Shown: positions 30,648 through 36,689 of the stretch, one piece after another
Layout of the letters: every line of letters begins with the position of its first letter
Numbering within the stretch: position 1 is the first letter of the stretch
Assembly: GCA_964346565.1 (NCBI GenBank)
Contig: CAYFVS010000008.1
Location: 1 to 36,689 of the forward strand
Source: an uncultured candidatus Brocadiaceae bacterium
Lineage (GTDB): Bacteria; Planctomycetota; Brocadiia; SM23-32
Length of the DNA stretch: 36,689 bases
Direction: 5' to 3'
Program-made: the position numbers and the translations under genes
Notes under the pieces: model-generated
What the model saw: the letters and a program-made list of their open reading frames with translations, nothing else
Databases searched by the model: none
What the model was told of the DNA's origin: nothing

Positions 30648-33578
30648 GTGCCCCCAGCCGCTGAGCCGCCGGCAGCCGAGGTGCAGCAGCTGCCTCCGCC
30701 GGCCCGGCGCGCGGCCCTCCGCGAAGCCCTGATGCTACTGCTGGTGGTGGGGGCCTGCCTGGTGCTGTTCTGGCGCGCGACGACGTTGCGCGGGGTGCTG
30801 TTCCACTATGAGCACGCCATCCAGAACTACCCCTACCGTGCCTTCTTCGCCGAGGGGTTGAGGGCCGGGCGACTGCGCCTGTGGACCGGCGATCTGTTCT
30901 GTGGGTTCCCACTGTTCGCCGAGAGCCAGGCCAACGCGCTTTACCCGCCGTTCTACCTGCTGTTCGTCGCGCTGCCGGCGTGGGTGGCCTACAACTTCTA
31001 CCACGTGCTGCACTTCGCCCTGGCGGGGGTCTTCACTTACTTCCTGGCGCGCGTGCTGCGCATCAGCCGCGGCGGGGCGCTGCTGGCCGGCCTCATCTAC
31101 ATGATGGCCGGCCCGGTGCTGTTCCACGCGCACCACACCAACATCGTGGTCGGCATCGCCTATCTGCCGCTCCTGCTGGCCCTGATCGAGCTGACGTGTC
31201 AGCGCCGCTCTCTGTTGCTTTTGCCGGCTTTTGCCGCGGCGACCGGCGCGCTGGCGCTGGGGGCTCAGCCGCAGTACACCCTCTACTGCGCCCTGGCCTC
31301 CGCGCTGTACGTGGCGGTGCGGCTGCGGGTCATCGAGCTGTCGGGCGGCCGGCGGCGACAGGTAGCCGCGCTGGCCATCGGCCTGGGGCTGGCGGGCGCC
31401 GTCGGCGGGATCCTGGCGGCTGCCCAGGTCCTGCCCCTTGCGGAGCTGGTTCAGCACAGCAGCCGCGGCGGGTTCGAGCTGCCCGGGGCCAGCTCCGGGG
31501 TGCCCGGCAACCTCATGACACTGCTGGCGCCCCACTACTTCGGCTCGCCCGGCCTGGGCAGCTACTGGGCGAACATGGAACCCGGCCTGTTCAGCGAGGT
31601 GACCATGTTCATGGGCGTCTCGACGCTGCTGCTGGCCGTTGTGGGGGCGGCGGCCGATCGGACGCGGCGGGCGCTGGTCTTCCTCGGCCTCGGCATCTTC
31701 GCGTTCATCTTCTCGCTGGGCTTCCACGGGTCCATCTACAACGCCTTCGGTTTCCTGCCGGTGTTCCGCTCGTCGCGATTCGCCAGCCGGTTCGCCTTCG
31801 TGACGACGCTCTGCGCGGCCATGCTCGCCGGCATGGGTCTGGACCAGCTCGTGCGGGGAGAGGACCGCCGCCGGGTGAAGCGGGCCGCGTTGCTCGCCAT
31901 CGGTCTGATCGTAGCTGCGGGCGCGGTATGCGTGTGCATCGCGGGGGCCTTCAACGCAGGGCTGATGTCCCTGGGCCGGGAGGAGCTGGCCCGTGCGATG
32001 CCCCGGCTGGGGGAGTTCGAGCTGAGCGTGCTGTGGCACCACCTGCACCGGACGCTGCCGGCGGACGTGTGGCGCCTTGTCGCGACGTTGATACTGGGCG
32101 CGGCGCTGCTGCTCCTGTGCGGGGCGCGCCTGCTGACCGGGCGGACCACCCTGGCCCTGTGGGGGCTGCTGATCTTCGCCGAGCTGGCGTTGGTGGGCCA
32201 CGAGTTCACTGTGGTGACCGACCCGGACCTCTACAGCCGTCCCCCGCGCCTGGTGGAGAAGCTGCGGGAACTGCCGCCCGGACGCATCTTCCGCTACAGA
32301 CAACGCGACCGGCTCGCCCAGTCGATGGACCTGGGCGTCTTCCCCAGCACGCGCGGCTGGGCGCTGGAACCTGAACTCTATCATCGCTGCCTCGACCGCC
32401 TGCCCCCCAATGCCAACATGCTCTGGGGCATACCTTCGGTGGCAGGGTTCTGTCCCCTGCAGACGCGCCGGCTCAAGACTCTGTTGGGCAGGCCGCGCGA
32501 GCGAAGCACACTCATCGAGTTCGACCTATCGCACGTGCTTGACCTGCTCGGGGCGCGCTACATCGTCACGCCGCGCGACGAGCTGCCTCCGACCTACCGT
32601 CCCCTGGGCGGCGCCGGGGAGATGAACTTGTTCGAGAACCCCGGCGCCCTCCCCCGGGCGTTCATCGTCCACAACGCCCTCGCCGCCCCTTCCGAGCGGC
32701 TGACCGCCAACACCTTGCGCGACGGGGGCTTCGACTACCGGGGGACCATCTTCGTGCACGACCCGCCCGGCCCGCTGATCCAGGACGCACCGGGCCGCGC
32801 CGGTCCCCTCGAACGCGCCAACATCACCGAGGACACCGGCGACGCCATCGGCGTCAGCGCGCAACTGGAGCGGCCCGGCTACCTGGTGCTGGGCGACCAG
32901 CACTACCCCGGCTGGCACGTGGAAGTGGACGGCGCGCCGGCCGAGCTGCTGCGGGTGGATTACCTGTTGAAGGGCGTCCGGCTGCCCGCCGGCAAGCATG
33001 AGGTCCGCTTCGTCTTCCGGCCGGAGACCTTCCGCGCCGGCGTCCAGATCTCCCTGTTGGGCCTGCTGAGCCTCTCGGTGGGCATACTGCTGAGCATCCT
33101 GGGCCGACGGCGCTTAATGGGTCGGGACGAGGGGTCCGGCCTGCTGGCGGAGCCCTACGCGCCCCGCAGCGGGCGCATGGTTCTGCTGGCCGCCCTGCTG
33201 TTCCTGGCCCTCGGGCCGATGCTCAGGCCCGCCCTGTGGCAGGAGGTGGGCGCGCAACTGGACCCCCACCGCTACCAGGCGGAGGTCGCCGTCTCCCGGG
33301 CCGCCTACGCCTCGGCTGATGGAGACACAGTTGGCGCATTCGACATCGTACTGGACGCGTATGAACGCTTCCCCCGCAGCGCGGGGTTGCGGCGTCGGGT
33401 GGTCAGCGAGGCCCTCCGCGCCGCGCGCCAGCTCACTGGCGAGGGGCGCTTCGGGGAGGCCCGCCGCATCGCCCGACAGGCGGTGGACGCCCTGCCCGGC
33501 CCGGCGCGCAGGCGCGCCCCCGCCCTGACCGCCCTCGCCGGAGCGGAAGCCATGCCAGAGGCCGAGACGAGTCCATAG
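30648..33578 (+). CDS. YfhO-family polytopic membrane protein (GT-C-type glycosyltransferase) with a C-terminal helical extension
   Basis: N-terminus: IQNYPYRAFFAEGLRAGRLRLWTGDLFCGFPLFAESQANALYPP. C-terminus: LFENPGALPRAFIV...LVLGDQHYPGWHVEVDGAPAELLRVDYLLKGVRLPAGKHEVRFVFRP. GTG 30648 lies 9 nt after GGAGG and 4 nt after the upstream stop. Alternative ATG 30732. Confidence 0.8.
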   Translation: MPPAAEPPAAEVQQLPPPARRAALREALMLLLVVGACLVLFWRATTLRGVLFHYEHAIQNYPYRAFFAEGLRAGRLRLWTGDLFCGFPLFAESQANALYPPFYLLFVALPAWVAYNFYHVLHFALAGVFTYFLARVLRISRGGALLAGLIYMMAGPVLFHAHHTNIVVGIAYLPLLLALIELTCQRRSLLLLPAFAAATGALALGAQPQYTLYCALASALYVAVRLRVIELSGGRRRQVAALAIGLGLAGAVGGILAAAQVLPLAELVQHSSRGGFELPGASSGVPGNLMTLLAPHYFGSPGLGSYWANMEPGLFSEVTMFMGVSTLLLAVVGAAADRTRRALVFLGLGIFAFIFSLGFHGSIYNAFGFLPVFRSSRFASRFAFVTTLCAAMLAGMGLDQLVRGEDRRRVKRAALLAIGLIVAAGAVCVCIAGAFNAGLMSLGREELARAMPRLGEFELSVLWHHLHRTLPADVWRLVATLILGAALLLLCGARLLTGRTTLALWGLLIFAELALVGHEFTVVTDPDLYSRPPRLVEKLRELPPGRIFRYRQRDRLAQSMDLGVFPSTRGWALEPELYHRCLDRLPPNANMLWGIPSVAGFCPLQTRRLKTLLGRPRERSTLIEFDLSHVLDLLGARYIVTPRDELPPTYRPLGGAGEMNLFENPGALPRAFIVHNALAAPSERLTANTLRDGGFDYRGTIFVHDPPGPLIQDAPGRAGPLERANITEDTGDAIGVSAQLERPGYLVLGDQHYPGWHVEVDGAPAELLRVDYLLKGVRLPAGKHEVRFVFRPETFRAGVQISLLGLLSLSVGILLSILGRRRLMGRDEGSGLLAEPYAPRSGRMVLLAALLFLALGPMLRPALWQEVGAQLDPHRYQAEVAVSRAAYASADGDTVGAFDIVLDAYERFPRSAGLRRRVVSEALRAARQLTGEGRFGEARRIARQAVDALPGPARRRAPALTALAGAEAMPEAETSP

Positions 33579-33635
33579 GCCGCCCGCGGCGCGCTTGAAA
33601 GGCCGTCTTCCTTCTGCTACGCTTACAACATCGGC

Positions 33636-33709
33636 TGAGGATTGGTGTAACGGTAACACGCCTGACTCTGGATCAGGTATTCCAGGTTCGAATCCTGGAT
33701 CCTCAGCCA
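33636..33709 (+). tRNA. tRNA-Gln (anticodon CUG), CCA encoded
   Basis: Cloverleaf folded by hand: acceptor TGAGGAT/ATCCTCA (U1-A72), D stem GTGT/ACAC, anticodon stem CCTGA/TCAGG, loop CTCTGGA, T arm CCAGG-TTCGAAT-CCTGG, discriminator G73, CCA. Confidence 0.9.
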
Positions 33710-33753
33710 CCTTCCTTTGGCGCTCCGCCCCGCTTCCTCGACGACCCGAGCAG

Positions 33754-33782
33754 TTGACGGCGGCGCGCCACGAGCGTATACT
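33754..33782 (+). promoter_or_regulatory. candidate promoter of sulfatase-fold paralogue 3
   Basis: TTGACG (33754-33759), 17 nt, TATACT (33777-33782). Confidence 0.45.
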
Positions 33783-33891
33783 CGACCATCTGTGCTGGAC
33801 AAGGGACGGGTGCTGCGCCCGCGCCGTCACGGCATCCGCGCCATTGTCTGCCTCATCTGTCTCGTGGCGGACACCAGGAACGAGGATAGCG

Positions 33892-35256
33892 ATGGTCACC
33901 TGGCTGCTGGCCATTCTGACGTTCATAGCCTGCCTGCTCGGCCCCGCTCCGGCCCCTGAGCCAGCGCGCAGGCCGAACATCATGCTCATCACCATCGAGG
34001 CCACTCGTCGGGACCACTGCAGTCTCTATGGCTACGAGCGCGAGACAACGCCCTTCCTTGAGGAGCTGGCAGCGGAGTCCATCGTCTTTGACAACGGATG
34101 GTCGCACAGCAGCTGGACCTATCCCTCGATAGCGTCAGTCTTCTCCGGCCGCCTGCCCCATGAGCATGGGGCGTACCACGCCTACACCGCTCCTGAGCGC
34201 GACTTGCTGCCGTGGTTGAGCGATCTGCACGACGCCGGATATGCTACGGCCGCCTTCACGACCAACCGCTGGGTCGCGCGTCTGATGGCCCAGAGCACGC
34301 CCTTCACGGGATGTCAGGCGGAAACCACGTGGCGCGGCAACGTCGAGTGCAATGCCAGGGTCCTGCTGCGGCGTACCCTCAACTGGCTGGACGAGTCCCA
34401 ACCGGAGCCCTGGTTTGTGTACTGGCACGCCTTCGATCCGCACACTCCTTACGACGCGCCCGGAGAGATGCGGGACCTCTTCGCCGGCGACTACAGCGGG
34501 CCGATGTGCGAGCTGGAACTGCTGCCCAGGTACCTGAAGGAACAGAAGCAGTTCGCCCCGGAGGAGGCGGAGTACCTCGTGGCCAGGTACGACGCGGAGA
34601 TCCGCTACACCGACGCCGCCCTCCGGGACCTCGTTCAGGAGCTGAAGGCACGGGGAGCGTGGGAGAGAACGCTCCTCATCATCACGGCCGACCACGGCGA
34701 GCAGTCCGGCGGCGGCAAGTGGGGGCACGGCGGCCCGCCGCTGCCCTCGACAACGGCGGTGCCGTTCCTGGTGCGGCTGCCCGGAGGCAGAGGAGGCGGC
34801 GAGCGCAGCTCCACCGTGGTCGGCGGCATAGACGTCCTGCCGACGCTGCTGCACGCGGCGGGGCTGCCCGTGCCGGAGGACCTGCCTGGTCGGAACGTTG
34901 TCGAGCTGCTCGACGCCCCCGAACCCGAGCGCACGCTCTACGTGCAGCAGACCGCCGTCGAGCTGGTCTCGGAGGAGGGGAACACCTATCGCGTGAACTC
35001 GTCCGGACACGCGCTGGTACGCGGGACGCGTTTCTTCCGGATCGTCGAGCACGCCGACGGCTCCACCGAGCAGGCTCTCTACGAGGTGACGCTCCAGGGG
35101 CAGAGGCAGCTCTCAGACGCTTCCTACGACCCCTGGCGAACAGGCCTGAGCGAGCATCCCTGCTACCCCGGCTTCACCGCCGGCGGCGTCTTCGACAGCA
35201 CTCAGGAGTCCGCAAAGGAGGTGCTGGCAGCGCTGCGCGACCTCGGCTACCTGTGA
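33892..35256 (+). CDS. sulfatase-fold protein lacking the formylglycine motif; paralogue 3
   Basis: PNIMLITIEATRRDH...NGWSHSSWTYPSIASVFSGR...TADHGE. ATG 33892 follows GAGGA and gives MVTWLLAILTFIACLLG. The track start at 33595 would run through tRNA-Gln. Ends in LRDLGYL. Confidence 0.85.
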   Translation: MVTWLLAILTFIACLLGPAPAPEPARRPNIMLITIEATRRDHCSLYGYERETTPFLEELAAESIVFDNGWSHSSWTYPSIASVFSGRLPHEHGAYHAYTAPERDLLPWLSDLHDAGYATAAFTTNRWVARLMAQSTPFTGCQAETTWRGNVECNARVLLRRTLNWLDESQPEPWFVYWHAFDPHTPYDAPGEMRDLFAGDYSGPMCELELLPRYLKEQKQFAPEEAEYLVARYDAEIRYTDAALRDLVQELKARGAWERTLLIITADHGEQSGGGKWGHGGPPLPSTTAVPFLVRLPGGRGGGERSSTVVGGIDVLPTLLHAAGLPVPEDLPGRNVVELLDAPEPERTLYVQQTAVELVSEEGNTYRVNSSGHALVRGTRFFRIVEHADGSTEQALYEVTLQGQRQLSDASYDPWRTGLSEHPCYPGFTAGGVFDSTQESAKEVLAALRDLGYL

Positions 35257-35534
35257 TGTATGCCGCACCGCTCGACGACCCCGGCGGACGGTCTCCCGCT
35301 CCTGCGGGCCCTGCGCCCTCGCGGCCTTCAGAGCCGGAGCCGCTTCGACGGAGCACCTGGGAGTGGCAGTTCAGCCCTGTGATTCACCTGTCGTGTCAGG
35401 CGGCTGCCGCGAGTGTGTGAAGTGCTCCCGAAGCACACAGGTCTCCAGCAGCGGCCCCGCGCCACCCACCAATGCGCGGACTCACCTGACGCGAACCCCC
35501 CGGGTCTGAGGCCCACTGCGAACGGTTGCGGAAC

Positions 35535-35562
35535 TTGATATGCCCGCTGGCTATGGTAAAAT
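35535..35562 (+). promoter_or_regulatory. candidate tRNA-Glu promoter
   Basis: TTGATA (35535-35540), 16 nt, TAAAAT (35557-35562) with TGg extended -10. The tRNA starts 21 nt downstream. Confidence 0.5.
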
Positions 35563-35582
35563 CAAACTTTGCTGACAATGTC

Positions 35583-35660
35583 GGCCCCATCGTCTAGCCC
35601 GGTCGAGGACACCGGACTCTCATTCCGGAAACCGGGGTTCAAATCCCCGTGGGGTCACCA
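35583..35660 (+). tRNA. tRNA-Glu (anticodon CUC), CCA encoded
   Basis: Acceptor GGCCCCA/TGGGGTC, the TCGTCTAG...GGACA D arm typical of tRNA-Glu, anticodon stem CCGGA/TCCGG, loop CTCTCAT, T arm CGGGG-TTCAAAT-CCCCG, discriminator A, CCA. Confidence 0.9.
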
Positions 35661-35668
35661 TAGCACGC

Positions 35669-35703
35669 AACGGCGCACCCGCGGCGGTGCGCCGTTCTGC
35701 TTC
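35669..35703 (+). terminator. stem-loop terminator after tRNA-Glu
   Basis: AACGGCGCACC (35669-35679) pairs perfectly with GGTGCGCCGTT (35686-35696), giving an 11-bp stem and a 6-nt loop. It is followed by CTGCTTC, a weak U-tract. Confidence 0.5.
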
Positions 35704-35778
35704 GGGCTCCCGTCCTCGACGCCTCGGCAGGGGGCGGCTGAGCTGCATTCGCTCCAACGAGAGCGACCAGGACCGATG

Positions 35779-35812
35779 TGACAGAACTGTCGGGTTCATG
35801 ACAGGGCTGTCG
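35779..35812. promoter_or_regulatory. two tandem 14-bp palindromic sites (TGACAG-NN-CTGTCG) 20 bp apart
   Basis: TGACAGAACTGTCG (35779-35792) and TGACAGGGCTGTCG (35799-35812). Each contains the perfect palindrome GACAG-N2-CTGTC. They lie about 260 nt upstream of the TadG-like ATG. Confidence 0.4.
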
Positions 35813-36073
35813 TATTCCCGCCGGCCAAAGGCGTGCGCGGGGCGCTGCCTTCCCCGTCCGAAGCAGTCCCGCCTGATACGGCCCAACGGGCCGAGAGCCG
35901 CTGAACCGTCTCCGGAAGGCATCCTCAGCGCACTGCCCCCGGGGTCCGCCCTCCGCTGTCCAGCGCCGGCACGGCCCCGCGGCACAGTATTCGCCAAGTG
36001 ACGCATGAAGGTAACCCATGCCGCCGGAGACCCCGAGCCGTCCGGCGGCTATCGAAACAGGGGAGCACGCGAG

Positions 36074-36689
36074 ATGAGAGGCCCCATCCTGACGGACCGT
36101 CGAGGTCAGATAGTCGTCCTTGCCCCAGTGGTGCTGGTCGTCCTGCTGGCCATCGTGGCGCTGGCCAGCGACGTGGGGCACATCGCGGTCAGTTGCGCGC
36201 GGCTGCAGAATGTAGCCGACTCGGCCGCGCTGGCCGCCGGGCACGAGCTGCTGAGCCGCCAGGTAGCCGGCGAGGACGAGTCGCTGGCGCGGGCGGCGGC
36301 GCAGAAGGCGGCCCTGGCGCTGCGGGAGGCCAACTGGTCGGAGGCGGGCCTGGAGGTCGAGTTCGGCACGCTGGACGAGAACGGCAACTTCACCCCCGTG
36401 GACGAGAGCACGGACGCCACGGCGGTGCGCTGCCTGGCAGCGCGCGACGAGGCGGCGCCGGGGGGCAGGCTGGACCTGTTCTTCGCGCCCATATTGGACG
36501 TGGACAACTGCGAGGCGGCCCGTGACGCGGTCGCCGAGGTGACCAACAGCATCTGCGGCGTCACCGGCGGGCTGTCGCCCTTCGCAGTGCCAAGGACGCG
36601 CGTGCCGGACCCCGGGCAGGAGTTGACCTTCTATCCCGCCGACGAGGACGAGTACGACGGCATAGCCGACCAGAGAGTGGTGCCAGGCT
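36074..36689 (+). CDS. TadG/TadE-like Flp-pilus assembly protein, 3'-truncated by the window end
   Basis: Not in the ORF track because there is no stop. ATG 36074 follows GGGGAG. It reads MRGPILTDRRGQIVVLAPVVLVVLLAIVALASDVGHIAVSCARLQNVADSAALAAGHEL, matching the TadE/G-like N-terminal domain. The frame uses predominantly G/C-ending codons and stays open to 36689. Confidence 0.7.
   Translation, partial: MRGPILTDRRGQIVVLAPVVLVVLLAIVALASDVGHIAVSCARLQNVADSAALAAGHELLSRQVAGEDESLARAAAQKAALALREANWSEAGLEVEFGTLDENGNFTPVDESTDATAVRCLAARDEAAPGGRLDLFFAPILDVDNCEAARDAVAEVTNSICGVTGGLSPFAVPRTRVPDPGQELTFYPADEDEYDGIADQRVVPG

Noticed and set aside
27042-32384. Antisense ORFs 27042-28076, 28328-29560 and 30735-32384, plus in-sense off-frame ORFs 30881-32374 and 29626-30342
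   Set aside because: They are shadows of the S55, propeller and YfhO genes, and their composition is typical of non-coding frames in GC-rich DNA.
35257-35530. Possible ncRNA or terminator structure between sulfatase-fold 3 and the tRNA-Glu promoter (for example GTGCT-CCCGA-AGCAC at about 35420)
   Set aside because: There are only short 4-6 bp stems, no match to any RNA family I can recall (tmRNA, RNase P, SRP, 6S), and no promoter-like element upstream.
35998-36564. ORFs 35998-36525 (+) and 36106-36564 (-)
   Set aside because: Both overlap the open-ended TadG-like frame, which has far better codon usage and a recognisable N-terminal domain.
1-36689. CRISPR arrays, rRNA genes, transposases/integrases/IS ends, prophage or known defence modules
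   Set aside because: Reading both strands and all listed ORFs, I found no regularly spaced repeats, no rRNA-like segments, and no DDE, tyrosine or serine recombinase or nuclease/ATPase defence signatures. Absence is based on inspection by eye only.

Overview
High-GC (about two-thirds G+C by eye) bacterial chromosomal DNA, densely coding on both strands. The ORF track contains many long antisense or off-frame ORFs typical of this GC content. Calls therefore rest on recognisable protein motifs, Shine-Dalgarno/start context, and third-position GC checked on a few ORFs. Left to right: an Rrf2-led operon (Rrf2, zinc-ribbon/HD-like protein, exported DUF6448-like protein, class I hybrid-cluster protein Hcp); M55 D-aminopeptidase; macro-domain deacetylase; small J-domain protein; a rubrerythrin / TehB-like methyltransferase / SDR operon; Nif3-like protein; a four-gene operon (GH130 phosphorylase, unknown 462-aa protein, ADP-ribosylglycohydrolase-family protein, acetamidase/formamidase-family protein); GH4 glycosidase; orphan STAS protein; an unrecognisable 667-aa protein; a small patch with tiny ORFs, partly lower GC; two tandem sulfatase-fold paralogues; an 860-nt gene-free gap; pckG, prmC, murA; an S55 peptidase / beta-propeller-Y_Y_Y / YfhO envelope operon; tRNA-Gln(CUG); a third sulfatase-fold paralogue; tRNA-Glu(CUC); and the 5' end of a TadG-like pilus gene that runs off the window. 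No rRNA, CRISPR array, transposase, integrase or recognisable defence/toxin module was seen. I do not see one clear-cut novel system. The best candidates for something undescribed are: (i) three sulfatase-fold proteins with Thr where the formylglycine Cys/Ser should be; (ii) the S55-propeller-YfhO operon; (iii) the GH130-unknown-ARH-amidase operon; (iv) the predicted His-Cys mature N-terminus of the exported protein in the hcp operon; (v) several unexplained non-coding structures. All family assignments come from remembered motifs, not from database searches.
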